DNA of 64,000 nucleotides from Candidatus Limivicinus sp. (lineage in GTDB: Bacteria > Bacillota > Clostridia > Oscillospirales > Oscillospiraceae), in assembly GCA_045640405.1 (NCBI GenBank), contig JAZUEY010000070.1:39751-103750 (forward strand), given 5' to 3'. The notes below the pieces were generated by a model. It was not told the DNA's origin, searched no databases, and was given only the letters and a program-made list of their open reading frames with translations. How positions within the stretch are numbered: position 1 is the stretch's first letter; each line of letters opens with the position of its first letter. Made by a program: the position numbers and the translations under genes. Positions 1-9,172 of the stretch are shown here, piece by piece.

Positions 1-1323
1 GCGCATGTCTTCTCTCGTAAAGGCTCTGACGGGCGGCAGTGTGTTCCAGGCTGCCAGCAGTACGTCAACCGGATAGGCGGAGTCCAGCGTCTCTCTCGGG
101 AAGGCAATGCAAAGAGCATGCTCCCGCGGCGGCTCGGTGTTCAGTCCCCGCTCGATGAGGTCCGTTGCATCCATAGACAGAACTTCGCCTTTTTCGAACA
201 TGCCGTAGCGTCCCGCGCGCCCGGCTATCTGACGGATTTCCGACGGCAGCAGCGGGCGTCTCTCCACGCCGTCGAACTTATAGGTTTCGGCAAAAACAAT
301 GCGTCGGATTGGCAGCGAAATTCCGAGGCCTATGGCATCCGTTGCCACAATCACGTTTGACTGGCCGGAAGTGTATTTCTCCACTTCGTTTCGTCTGGCT
401 ACGGGAGGCAGAGCCCCGTAGATTACGCTGCAGCCGAAGCCCTGCTTCTCCAGCTGGGCCGCTGTCGAAAGCACGCTCTTTCTGGAAAAACAGATGACAG
501 CGTCGTTCGGCTGTACACCTTTGTAACCGTTGCAGCGACCGCTGTACACAAGAGGCGTCAGTCTCTCGTGACGGACGATATTGTAAGGGTCCCCGAATTC
601 CCGAATCAGACCTTCTATCAGTTCCTCGGCCTCCGGAGCCAGGCAGACGTGTATCTCTTCCGCATCTATGCGGCACAGTGCCTTCAGCCAGGAGGCACCT
701 CTGTCCTTGTCGGTAATGAGCTGCGCCTCGTCGATAACCGCCACTTTGAAATGGCGCTTGAAGTCGCACATTTCTATGGTGGAGGAAATAATCTCCGCAC
801 CCTCCTGCGGAATATGCTCTTCGCCCGTCAGCAGTGTGCAGGGAATGCCGTTTGCATTGATTCGGTCATACATCTCCAGCGCCAGCAGTCTCAGCGGGCC
901 GAGATAGGTCCCGTTGCCGGCAGCCATGAGGGCCTCTATGGCGTCGTGCGTCTTGCCGCTGTTCGTCGGGCCGATATGCAGCACGAAGGCGCGCCTGAGT
1001 TCCCCTGCGGATTGAATCAGATTCTCCGGCGTATATGCTGCCAGTATCGGCCGCAGAGAGCGAACCATCTCGTTTTTACGCTGCTTTTCGGCAGCTCTCT
1101 CGATTTCCGCCCGGATTTTCGGGTGCTGGAACGTGCGCTCCACGTCGCTCTTTTGCCAGTATGTCAGCGTAACTTTTCTGCCCCGTATTGTCTTAACGCG
1201 CTCTAAGGGAGTCGGAAGATAACGCAGCAGCGTCTTTCTGTCCACGCCGGAGACTCTGACGATATCCTTTAAGGTCATCAGCGGATCGTTTGTTTTCTTT
1301 TTCTTCTTATTATGGTATGCCAT
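1..1323 (-). CDS. SUV3-like superfamily-2 ATP-dependent helicase; N-terminal 441 codons only, C-terminus runs off the left edge
   Basis: Absent from the ORF track because no stop lies in the window. The reverse frame is open from ATG (1323-1321) to base 1. Translation starts MAYHNKKKKKTNDPLMTLKDIVRVSGVDRKTLLRYL (HTH-like), then Walker A GPTNSGKTH, LGPLRLLALEMYDR, DEAQ box (VIDEAQL), VATDAIGLGISLP and QIAGRAGR. Confidence 0.8.
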   Translation of the reverse strand, partial: MAYHNKKKKKTNDPLMTLKDIVRVSGVDRKTLLRYLPTPLERVKTIRGRKVTLTYWQKSDVERTFQHPKIRAEIERAAEKQRKNEMVRSLRPILAAYTPENLIQSAGELRRAFVLHIGPTNSGKTHDAIEALMAAGNGTYLGPLRLLALEMYDRINANGIPCTLLTGEEHIPQEGAEIISSTIEMCDFKRHFKVAVIDEAQLITDKDRGASWLKALCRIDAEEIHVCLAPEAEELIEGLIREFGDPYNIVRHERLTPLVYSGRCNGYKGVQPNDAVICFSRKSVLSTAAQLEKQGFGCSVIYGALPPVARRNEVEKYTSGQSNVIVATDAIGLGISLPIRRIVFAETYKFDGVERRPLLPSEIRQIAGRAGRYGMFEKGEVLSMDATDLIERGLNTEPPREHALCIAFPRETLDSAYPVDVLLAAWNTLPPVRAFTREDMR

Positions 1324-1399
1324 GTTTCTATATAACAGCTTTATCATACCATGCCGCCGCTTCTTTTTCCACTCGAGTGGGACCCATAAAAAATAATGC

Positions 1400-1428
1400 T
1401 TGCAATTATTAACTTTTTGTCATATAAT
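1400..1428 (+). promoter_or_regulatory. Sigma-70-type promoter upstream of xerD
   Basis: TTGCAA (1400-1405), 17-nt spacer, TATAAT (1423-1428). This implies that the track ORF start at 1400 is not the real start. Confidence 0.5.
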
Positions 1429-1471
1429 TGTAACTAAATTATGGAAACCTTATTATTGTGAGGTGGGTACG

Positions 1472-2359
1472 GTGAGCAGCATCGAATGCTTGGAACTGTT
1501 CAGAGATTATTTAATTAATGAGCGTAAATCCTCGGCAAATACGGTGGAGTCCTATATGCGGGATTTGCGGCAATTCGCGGATTATCTGGTTAACTCTGGT
1601 TGCGATTTGGTTACAGCGTCTTCGCGCGACATCAACGCTTATATCAGCCATCTGCACAATGCCGGAAAGTCCGCCGCAACGGTTGCCCGATGTGCCGCTA
1701 CGGTCAGGAACTTCTACTCCCTGCTCTGTAGCCGCGGCATTCTGGACGAGAATCCTTCTTCCGAAATCAAGGCCGACAAGGTCGTTGCCAAGGCTCCGGA
1801 AATCCTCACCAACGAAGAGATCGATCTCTTTTTGAAGCAGCCGCGCTGTGTCGACGTCAAGGGTTACCGTGACCATGCCATGCTGGAACTGATGTATGCA
1901 ACCGGCATGCGCGTTTCCGAACTGCTGGACCTCAATGTGCAGGATGTCAACCTCGGTGCGGAACTTGTCCGCATTGCCGGGGATAAGAAGGAGCGGCTTG
2001 TGCCGATGTATCCGACCGCCGTCAAGGCACTGCGCGAATACCTGGAGCTCATCCGTCCGCAGATGGTTCTCTACGAGGATGAGCCGGCGCTCTTTGTCAA
2101 TGTGGACGGCGCAAGGATGTCCCGGCAGGGTTTCTGGAAGATTGTCAAGGCTTATGCCAAATCTGCCGGCATCCAAAAGGACATCACGCCTCACACGCTT
2201 CGCCATTCCTTTGCAACGCACCTGCTCGAAAACGGAGCGGATCTCCGCTCGGTACAGGAGCTCATGGGGCATTCCGACATCTCCTCCACCAGCTTCTATA
2301 CCAAGCTGATTGCCAAGGATTTGAAGGATGTTTACAATCACGCCCACCCGCGTGCCTGA
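1472..2359 (+). CDS. xerD: Site-specific tyrosine recombinase, XerC/XerD family
   Basis: GTG at 1472 lies 6 nt after a GAGGTGGG RBS and is in frame with track ORF 1400..2359. N-terminal SAM-like domain (NTVESYMRDLRQFADYL); catalytic region HTLRHSFATHLLENGADLRSVQELMGHSDISSTSFYT. Confidence 0.85.
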   Translation: MSSIECLELFRDYLINERKSSANTVESYMRDLRQFADYLVNSGCDLVTASSRDINAYISHLHNAGKSAATVARCAATVRNFYSLLCSRGILDENPSSEIKADKVVAKAPEILTNEEIDLFLKQPRCVDVKGYRDHAMLELMYATGMRVSELLDLNVQDVNLGAELVRIAGDKKERLVPMYPTAVKALREYLELIRPQMVLYEDEPALFVNVDGARMSRQGFWKIVKAYAKSAGIQKDITPHTLRHSFATHLLENGADLRSVQELMGHSDISSTSFYTKLIAKDLKDVYNHAHPRA

Positions 2360-2373
2360 AAGGAATTGCAGAT

Positions 2374-3270
2374 ATGACGGCCATTCATCAGATTGCTGTT
2401 ATTTTCATAGCCATACTCGTCGGTTTCGGTTGTCGGAAACTGAAGGTTATAACCGAAGAAGGAACCTCGGTGCTTTCCAACACCGTTATCAAGGTCATTC
2501 TTCCGTTCTATCTTTTCGACGCCATTGTCAGCTCGGAATCCGGTATTGATTCGGCAGGGGTTCTCGCCGCTCTCGGCATCTCTACCGGTATGTTCCTCGT
2601 CGCCGGTCTAGTTGCTCTTATCGTCATCCCGCGGCTGAAGCCTGCACCGGATGACAGAGGCATCTATATGTTCGAGACTATGTGCGGCAACGTCACCTAT
2701 ATCGGCATTCCCGTCTGTGCTGCGGCATTCGGCGGCAATGCGGCCTTTTACGCTTCGCTGCTCAACATCCCCTACAACCTGCTTTGTTTCTCGCTCGGCA
2801 TCTTTCTGCTTTCGGGAAAGGCATCCTTTAAAAGAATCCTCAATCCCGCCTTTCTTTCCGGCCTTGTGGCCGCCATTCTATACATGCTCGGGGTAAAAGT
2901 ACCCGCTCTCATCACGGATGCCTGCAATTTCATAGGGAAAGCCACTTCTCCCTGCGCCATGCTGATTATCGGCTCCGTGCTGGCGGACGTACCGGTAAAG
3001 GACCTCTTTACCGACTGGCGGATGATTCCCTTCACGGTCGTAAAGCTCTTCGGCGTGGCCGCACTGATGCTTCTTCTGCTTCGCTTCATCCCCTGCGACG
3101 ATACGCTGCGCAAAGTCGTCATTCTCATGGCCGCTATGCCGGCCGCAACGAATTCCACAATGCTCTGCGCCGTTTACGGCGGAAACCGAAGTCTCAGCGC
3201 AAAACTCATCTTCATCACCACAGCCCTGGCCGTGCTGACTATCCCGCTTTGGGTTCAGATACTCTCCTGA
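2374..3270 (+). CDS. Auxin-efflux-carrier (AEC) family permease
   Basis: 298-aa polytopic membrane ORF. The N-terminus MTAIHQIAVIFIAILVGFGCRKL and overall layout are typical of the AEC / malate permease family. Confidence 0.75.
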   Translation: MTAIHQIAVIFIAILVGFGCRKLKVITEEGTSVLSNTVIKVILPFYLFDAIVSSESGIDSAGVLAALGISTGMFLVAGLVALIVIPRLKPAPDDRGIYMFETMCGNVTYIGIPVCAAAFGGNAAFYASLLNIPYNLLCFSLGIFLLSGKASFKRILNPAFLSGLVAAILYMLGVKVPALITDACNFIGKATSPCAMLIIGSVLADVPVKDLFTDWRMIPFTVVKLFGVAALMLLLLRFIPCDDTLRKVVILMAAMPAATNSTMLCAVYGGNRSLSAKLIFITTALAVLTIPLWVQILS

Positions 3271-3278
3271 AGGAAAAA

Positions 3279-3314
3279 GGAAAACCCGTCCGATTGGACG
3301 GGTTTTCCTTTTTT
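3279..3314. terminator. Bidirectional rho-independent terminator
   Basis: GGAAAACCCGTCC-GATT-GGACGGGTTTTCC hairpin flanked by an A-run and a T-run, between convergent genes. Confidence 0.8.
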
Positions 3315-4000
3315 CAGTTCTGCCAGCTCTCGCCGGGCTTCAGCACTATGCATTTTGCCGGGCTGCTTTTCTCCAGCTCGCGGGCAAATGCCTCGGCATC
3401 CTGCCGTATTACCGGGAAGGTGTTGTAATGCATCGGTATCACCCAGCGCGCCTTCAGCCACTGCGCCGCCGTGACGGCATCCTCCGGCCCCATCGTGTAG
3501 AAGTCTCCGATGGGCAGAAGCGCCACGTCGATTCCGCAACGGGAAATCACGCTCTCCATGTCACCGAACAGTCCGGTGTCTCCGGCATGATAGACCGTTT
3601 CCTTCTCACTGCGGAGAACGTAGCCGCAACAGATTCCCGCATAGGCTCTCCCGTCTTCGGTTTCTACAGTATTGCCGTGAATGGCCTGTGTCATTGTGAC
3701 ACGAAGGCCCTTGAAATCAAAAGTACCGCCCGTATTGAAGGCCACGGTGCTGATTCCCGCCGTATCCAGTGTTTTCAGCAGGTCCACCTGCGCCGCCAGC
3801 GTTGCGCCGCTTCGCCGTGCTATTTTCAAGGCATCGCCAAGATGATCGTTGTGGCCGTGGGTTACCAAAATCAGGTCCGGGCAAAAATCTTCCGATTTGC
3901 TGCCGCAGGCCGGGTTTCCGTCAATAAACGGGTCAATCATCACTCGAATCCCGTCGATTACCAGTTCAAAGCAGGCATGCCCCACATAGTTTATCTGCAT
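3314..4000 (-). CDS. UPF0173-type metal-dependent hydrolase (metallo-beta-lactamase fold)
   Basis: MQINYVGHACFEL... with HGHNDHLGD. ATG at 4000 lies 6 nt after GAGGTG; the track start at 4009 is a GTG inside that RBS. Confidence 0.85.
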   Translation of the reverse strand: MQINYVGHACFELVIDGIRVMIDPFIDGNPACGSKSEDFCPDLILVTHGHNDHLGDALKIARRSGATLAAQVDLLKTLDTAGISTVAFNTGGTFDFKGLRVTMTQAIHGNTVETEDGRAYAGICCGYVLRSEKETVYHAGDTGLFGDMESVISRCGIDVALLPIGDFYTMGPEDAVTAAQWLKARWVIPMHYNTFPVIRQDAEAFARELEKSSPAKCIVLKPGESWQN

Positions 4001-4010
4001 AGCCGCCACC

Positions 4011-4499
4011 TCATGCTTCCTGGCCGGTAAGGGCCGCCTTGATTTTTGCGATGACGCCTTCCTGCAGGAGATGCGTATTGAACATGTTCCGGCAGATTTG
4101 GCTCATCGAATCATAGAATGCATCACTGACATATTTGCACCAACCGTCGATATGGTACCATTCCTCGCCTTCGGCTTCCTTGATGTTCTTGCTTTTGAGA
4201 TAGCCGGCATAGTTCTTTTCCAGTGCCTCGCGCCAGTCCTTGCCGATGAGAGCCGTCATATAGTCCACGCAGTAGCTGTACAGAAGACTATAGGTAGTAT
4301 AAGGTATTTCAAGCATGTTGTACTTGAGTATGTCCTCCACCAGGGTGTATTTCTCACGGAGAATTTCTATGAAAGCATCGTCCAGATTGAGATTGCGCGC
4401 TCTTTCGCAATAGCTTTCCACCATGTACATCAGCGTATGGTAGATATCTCTGACGGCATCCTTCGGATCTTCGTATTTCAGTTTTTCAAAATCAGTCAC
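4011..4499 (-). CDS. Hypothetical cytoplasmic protein
   Basis: 162-aa ORF with GTG start after GAAGGGGA. Its stop abuts the downstream hydrolase gene. I recognise no domain. Confidence 0.6.
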   Translation of the reverse strand: MTDFEKLKYEDPKDAVRDIYHTLMYMVESYCERARNLNLDDAFIEILREKYTLVEDILKYNMLEIPYTTYSLLYSYCVDYMTALIGKDWREALEKNYAGYLKSKNIKEAEGEEWYHIDGWCKYVSDAFYDSMSQICRNMFNTHLLQEGVIAKIKAALTGQEA

Positions 4500-4562
4500 G
4501 GTGTTTCCCCTTCCCGTCTGTATAGTGTCATTATTATACTATAGCAACTTCTTCAAGGGAAG

Positions 4563-4601
4563 AGGACAAAAATACCCGCGGTTCTTTCGAGCCGCGGGTA
4601 T
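4563..4601 (-). terminator. Rho-independent terminator after the DUF937 gene
   Basis: ATACCCGCGG / CCGCGGGTAT stem followed by a T-run on the minus strand. Confidence 0.7.
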
Positions 4602-4619
4602 TTCGGTATTGGATTGAAC

Positions 4620-5417
4620 TTACTTGAGAAGGTTCAGAAGTCCTCCGAGCAGATCGGCGGAGGCATTGCTCTGCTGCTGAGGTTTTACCTGCTGCTGGCT
4701 TGCGCCGAGAAGGCTGCCGAGCAGATCAGCGGATACGTTGCTCTGCTGGGGCTTTGCCTGCTGCTGGGTTGCGCCGAGAAGGCTGCCGAGCAGGGCTGCC
4801 GTGCCGTTGGAGGCTGCATGATTCTGCTGGGGCTTTGCGCCGAGAGCGGAACCGAGAACGCTGCCCAGAATGCTGGAGGAGGCGCTGCTCTGGCTGTTTC
4901 CGCCGAGAGCATTGCTGAGGACTGCGCCGAGAGCGGCCGTCATCAGAGCATTGCTTGCATTGCTGTTGGAGCCGCCGCCGAGGAGGCTGCCGAGCAGAGA
5001 TGCGGTGGAAGATGCGGAGTTGCTGTGGGAAGCAGAGGTCTGCTTGCCGAGCATGTTCATGATAATCGGAGCGGCTGCTGCAAGGATGAGCGCTACCTGG
5101 GCTCTGCTGAGACCGGTCTGCTTTGCTATGGCCTTCTCTGCCTTGTCAGCATCATTGCCGAGGAGGTGGTCAACGATTTTTTCGCCTTCGGCGAGGTCAA
5201 CTTTTTCGGGGTCCTTCTTGGAATGCTCCAGAACCGCTTCGTGGAAGCTCTGGCTGGTTTCCTTCTGCTGGGCCTGGTTATTGGCGCCGTTGAGAAGCAT
5301 GGGCAGAGCGGTTGCCAGAACACCTGCCACGTTTCCGTTGGAAACGCCGGTCTTGCCGGAAACCGACTGGACGTTGTTATCGCTCAGAAGAGCGCCCATA
5401 AGAGAGGTTAAATCCAT
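4620..5417 (-). CDS. DUF937-like protein with Gln/Leu-rich C-terminal tandem repeats
   Basis: ATG at 5417 after an AAGGAGA RBS (the track ORF starts 39 codons upstream). N-terminal region MDLTSLMGALLSDNNVQSVSGKTGVS...ATALPMLLNGA resembles DUF937. C-terminus has LLGSLLGA(S/T)QQQxKPQQ repeats. Confidence 0.75.
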   Translation of the reverse strand: MDLTSLMGALLSDNNVQSVSGKTGVSNGNVAGVLATALPMLLNGANNQAQQKETSQSFHEAVLEHSKKDPEKVDLAEGEKIVDHLLGNDADKAEKAIAKQTGLSRAQVALILAAAAPIIMNMLGKQTSASHSNSASSTASLLGSLLGGGSNSNASNALMTAALGAVLSNALGGNSQSSASSSILGSVLGSALGAKPQQNHAASNGTAALLGSLLGATQQQAKPQQSNVSADLLGSLLGASQQQVKPQQQSNASADLLGGLLNLLK

Positions 5418-5563
5418 TTTTTGTCTCCTTATATAGAATTTGGGTTCATTATATAAACTAATTCTGTACCCGTCAAGGAATAAAGAATTAAATAATTGAA
5501 AACAAAATGCATTGTGGTATAATATTTCCACCAACTATATTCCTAAATCAGGAGGCTATAAAA

Positions 5564-6409
5564 ATGGCTGAAAAGAAACAGCATACTATCGTATCTGCGG
5601 ATGACGGCAAAGAAGTTGCCCCCAAGAAGTCCGCACCCAAGGCCGAAGCAGCCCCCAAGGCTGAACCTGCCCCCGCTACAAAAACAGTACAGCAGGCTGA
5701 CGGTTCCAAGAACAGCAATCCCAAGACGCTGAGAATTCTCGCATGGGTTCTCTGGGTTCTCGCAATCGGTTGCGAAATCCTTGCATTCATGATTTTCAAA
5801 GGCAAATGTGAAATCCTCAACATCCCCACCACCACGGCTCTCATCATTGCCCTGGTTCTGGATCTTGCCCTAGTAATAATCGGCGCTCAGTTCTGGAAAA
5901 AAGCAAACCACATTGACCCCGTATCCGAAGCCAACAAGGCAAAATTCTGGCTGTGGAACAATATGGGCGTCATCGTCTGCTGCTTTGCATTCCTTCCCTT
6001 CCTCATTGTTGCTCTGACGGATAAAAATGCAGACCCGAAGCTCAAGAAGATTGCCATCATTGCCGCCATTGCCGGTCTTCTCATCGGCGGTGCAGCCAGC
6101 TATGATTACAATCCCGTTTCCGAAGAAGGTCTCGCCGTAGCACAGCAGACTCTGAGCGACACAACCGTCTACTGGACACAGTACGGCAAGAAGTACCACA
6201 CGCATGAAGACTGCCAGCACCTCAACAATTCCGATGTCCTCACAGCCGGCACCATCGACCAGGCTATTGAGGCCGGCCGTTCTTCCATCTGCAAGACCTG
6301 CGCTTCCCGCGACGGTCTCGAAGTCGGCGAAAACGGTGCCATCCTCGGTGTAGCCGAGAAGGCTCCCGAAGTTGTAGCCGATCTTGCCGAAGAAGCTCCT
6401 GCCGCTTAA
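5564..6409 (+). CDS. Membrane protein with Ala/Pro/Lys-rich N-terminus and C-terminal His/Cys motif
   Basis: ATG at 5564 after CAGGAGG. APKAEAAPKAEPAP repeat, about 4 TM segments, then YGKKYHTHEDCQHL...SICKTCASR (putative Zn-binding). Confidence 0.7.
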   Translation: MAEKKQHTIVSADDGKEVAPKKSAPKAEAAPKAEPAPATKTVQQADGSKNSNPKTLRILAWVLWVLAIGCEILAFMIFKGKCEILNIPTTTALIIALVLDLALVIIGAQFWKKANHIDPVSEANKAKFWLWNNMGVIVCCFAFLPFLIVALTDKNADPKLKKIAIIAAIAGLLIGGAASYDYNPVSEEGLAVAQQTLSDTTVYWTQYGKKYHTHEDCQHLNNSDVLTAGTIDQAIEAGRSSICKTCASRDGLEVGENGAILGVAEKAPEVVADLAEEAPAA

Positions 6410-6424
6410 CGCATACAACAATTG

Positions 6425-6457
6425 AAATGCACCCGGTTTCCCGGGTGCATTTTTTTG
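6425..6457. terminator. Bidirectional rho-independent terminator
   Basis: AAATGCACCCGG-TTTC-CCGGGTGCATTT followed by a T-run, between convergent genes. Confidence 0.8.
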
Positions 6458-6460
6458 CAT

Positions 6461-7312
6461 CTATTTTTTTATGATTTCATCGATGGTCGAAACCGTGATA
6501 AAGGCGCTGTCCGAAAAATCCTCCATAATTTCTCGAAGCTGCTGCAGTTCAAAATAGCTTACATAGCAAATCAGCGTCTTGTTGGTCCCGGCTATCACGC
6601 CGGAGGAATCGATTACGGTGCATGTCTTGTTCATCTCGCTGTAAATTCGCTCTATCATCTGCTCGGGTTTCTTTGTGATAATCGTAACCTGCTTTATGGC
6701 CTCGAACCGGTCGGTAAAGTGGTCCGTCACGATAGTTGCCACAACATAGACCAACAAGCTCAGCAGGGCGCTTGTCCTGTCAATCAGCACATACACTGCC
6801 AGATAGACGCAGGCGTTGAAAGCGATGAGAAAGCCCGTGAGACTGTATTGCCTGTTTTTCTTTTCATGCAGGCGGTTTACCAGAATGTTGGCCAGGATTT
6901 CGGAGCCGTCTATGCATCCGCCGAACCGCAGGATAAGGGAAAGCCCGAATCCGAGAATGGCTCCGCCGAAAGCAACCGCAACGAAGTGCTCGGCATTGAG
7001 CACAAAGGGTATTTTTTCAAACAGTTCCAGTCCGATTGTGTATACAAGCGCACCGAAGCAGGCACGGGTACAGAAGTTCTTTCCCATAAAAATCAATCCG
7101 AGCGCCAGGAAGGGTATCATAACCATTACCACGCAAACCGAAAGGTTGATTCCGCTCAGCTTGCTGATAATGATGGCTATGCCTGCCGTGCCGTAATCCA
7201 GGGCGTCATTCGGCAGGATGATGCAGGCTACCGCAAAGCTTGCAAGCAGGCCGCCTATGAGAATCATCAGCAGGGAGAAGAGGAGACTGTCGTTCAGCTT
7301 TCTTTTTTTCAC
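6461..7312 (-). CDS. YitT-family membrane protein (with DUF2179 C-terminal domain)
   Basis: Polytopic N-terminal part plus a soluble C-terminal domain (TVIDSSGVIAGTNKTLICYVSYFELQQLREI). GTG start overlaps the upstream stop (GTGA). Confidence 0.8.
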   Translation of the reverse strand: MKKRKLNDSLLFSLLMILIGGLLASFAVACIILPNDALDYGTAGIAIIISKLSGINLSVCVVMVMIPFLALGLIFMGKNFCTRACFGALVYTIGLELFEKIPFVLNAEHFVAVAFGGAILGFGLSLILRFGGCIDGSEILANILVNRLHEKKNRQYSLTGFLIAFNACVYLAVYVLIDRTSALLSLLVYVVATIVTDHFTDRFEAIKQVTIITKKPEQMIERIYSEMNKTCTVIDSSGVIAGTNKTLICYVSYFELQQLREIMEDFSDSAFITVSTIDEIIKK

Positions 7313-8481
7313 ACGTACTCCTTTCCGTTGAGGAACCGCCAGGCCATCATGTATTTTATGGCCGAATACGGCTGCCCGGATGCCTTGATTTCATAATACT
7401 TTCCGGAAGCGGTAAAAAGCAGCGTGCTTACCATCGCCACCGACATCTTTTCAATCTCTTTCACGGAGAAGGCAAGTTTCATCTCTCCGCCGTCAAACTC
7501 CAGCCTGTCGGCAAACATGGCAAGCTTTCCCGTGCACAGCGGCGGAGTCTTCTTTCCTTCGACGACCTCTCTCAAGTCCAGTCCGTCATCGCTGAAAAGA
7601 AGTGCGCAGCTGCCGGCAGGGAGTTCCCGAATCTGCTCTTCAAGGTATTTCTGCTGCCAGTGTCCCCAGTCGATAATCGTCTCGAATTTCGGCTTGCCGT
7701 CATCGGCTTCAAAACGGTTGTACCGGTTGAGTCTCAGCTTCATGCCGCATTTTGTGCAGCAGAAGTGTTCCCCGGAGCTTTTCAGCGTGGATATGGCATG
7801 ACACTCCGGGCAGACGAAAAGAGCCGTCTCGAGAGTTTCGGCCTGATGTTTGCACGGATACGGTGCCGGTTTGTCTTCGTAGGCATTCACGTAGAGATCT
7901 CGGCGTATGGCCTCGGTTATTTCGTCCGCCGTCATTGCGGCCAGTTCTTCCGGCGTATATTCATGCACTACAGCGCCCCAGGTGGGTCCCTTTCTCTTTT
8001 CGGAAGCCCAGCGCGGGCTCTTGAAGTATCCGCCGTGGGTTGCAAAGGTGATGAGCCCGGCTCCGCATTCTTTAACGAGATGTCCGTTCGTTCCGGATAT
8101 CCAGCCGGTTTCTCCGAAGTACGAGCGGTTCCCTTCTACGAACATGCAGACGTTGGAGCCCTCGGCCAGACGCTGTTTAATCATCTGCACGGTGTCCCCG
8201 GCATCCGCACCTTTTTTTCTGGGAATCGGATGCTGCAGGAATTTAATCAGGACGCTGGCAAATCCCAGCCTGTAAAGATGCTCGCTTGCAACAAAATACA
8301 TGTGGCGGAAGAAGGCAACCCCCACAAGGAAGAAATCGGTATTGGTGTTGTGATTTGCCAGCACCATATAGGTTTTGCTCTTCGGCCTGTATATTTTCCA
8401 GGAGTAATTCGTAAACAGAGCTTTGTACGGCACGATAATCAGCCTTAGAAAATGATAGAATATCTTATGAAACGTTTTCAC
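7309..8481 (-). CDS. Lysophospholipid (PlsC-type) acyltransferase family protein with C-terminal Cys4 ribbon
   Basis: HX4D motif (NHNTNTDF), FVEGNRS block, and later CPECH...CCTKCG. Confidence 0.75.
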   Translation of the reverse strand: MKTFHKIFYHFLRLIIVPYKALFTNYSWKIYRPKSKTYMVLANHNTNTDFFLVGVAFFRHMYFVASEHLYRLGFASVLIKFLQHPIPRKKGADAGDTVQMIKQRLAEGSNVCMFVEGNRSYFGETGWISGTNGHLVKECGAGLITFATHGGYFKSPRWASEKRKGPTWGAVVHEYTPEELAAMTADEITEAIRRDLYVNAYEDKPAPYPCKHQAETLETALFVCPECHAISTLKSSGEHFCCTKCGMKLRLNRYNRFEADDGKPKFETIIDWGHWQQKYLEEQIRELPAGSCALLFSDDGLDLREVVEGKKTPPLCTGKLAMFADRLEFDGGEMKLAFSVKEIEKMSVAMVSTLLFTASGKYYEIKASGQPYSAIKYMMAWRFLNGKEYV

Positions 8482-9056
8482 TATGCCGGCCAGACCTCCG
8501 TATGCATCAGTTTTTCACATATATCTGCGAGGGCATCGCTGCTTTCGCTGTAGCCTCTGTTCTTCCAGGTCAGCACGATGTTGAACACCGCCCCCAGAAA
8601 AGCCGAGAAGCCGTAATAGCTGTCGGTTTTTAAATCCTGGACGAGGGAAAGAAACTTGGTATTAACGGCATTGCGCACATCGTCTATCATGCCCGCCTTC
8701 AGGACAACGTCGAATACGTCTCTGCTTTCGTAGAGCCTGTCGAACAGCATTTTAAAGCAGGCATGTATGTCTTTTATGTCCATCGGTTCGGAAATCACCT
8801 CGAGAAAGGCATCCGTTATCCTCGTAAAAGCGGTGGAAAGAATATCTTCTTTTGAAGAATAGTTCCTGTAATAGGCCGAACGGGATACACCGGCCTTTTT
8901 GATAATGTCGGTTATGCTGATATCGTCAAATTCTCTGTCTCTCATGAGAGCTATGAGAGCCGCCTCGATTGATTCCTTGGTAATCCGGTTGGATTCCTCG
9001 TTGGAAAGGCGCAGAGCGTTTTTTCTTGATATCGCCGATTCGGTTTCGGGTGACAA
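8481..9056 (-). CDS. TetR/AcrR family transcriptional regulator
   Basis: HTH region ITDIIKKAGVSRSAYYRNYSSKEDIL. Proposed TTG start at 9056 lies 8 nt after AAGAGG; the track ORF extends to 9170 and would consume the divergent promoter region. Confidence 0.8.
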   Translation of the reverse strand: MSPETESAISRKNALRLSNEESNRITKESIEAALIALMRDREFDDISITDIIKKAGVSRSAYYRNYSSKEDILSTAFTRITDAFLEVISEPMDIKDIHACFKMLFDRLYESRDVFDVVLKAGMIDDVRNAVNTKFLSLVQDLKTDSYYGFSAFLGAVFNIVLTWKNRGYSESSDALADICEKLMHTEVWPA

Positions 9057-9172
9057 AACAAAAACCTCTTTTCTGTCGCATCCGTGGCCGGAGCTCTTGA
9101 CAAAGTGCCGGCTTCGGTGTAACACTTGTATCATCAAAGCAGTTTTAACACTGCCTTGGTTCCTTGTCAATC

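Noticed and set aside
568-1206. 212-aa plus-strand ORF and neighbouring short ORFs at the left edge
   Set aside because: They are antisense to the SUV3-like helicase frame. That frame is open across the whole 1-1323 interval and carries Walker A and DEAQ motifs.
1472-2359. Tyrosine recombinase as a marker of an integrated mobile element
   Set aside because: Its sequence and size fit chromosomal XerC/XerD. No att-like repeats, phage or conjugation genes flank it.
4614-5411. 265-aa plus-strand ORF opposite the DUF937-like gene
   Set aside because: It is generated by the tandem repeats and GC-rich codons of the minus-strand gene. The minus-strand frame has an RBS, a terminator and a recognisable N-terminal domain.
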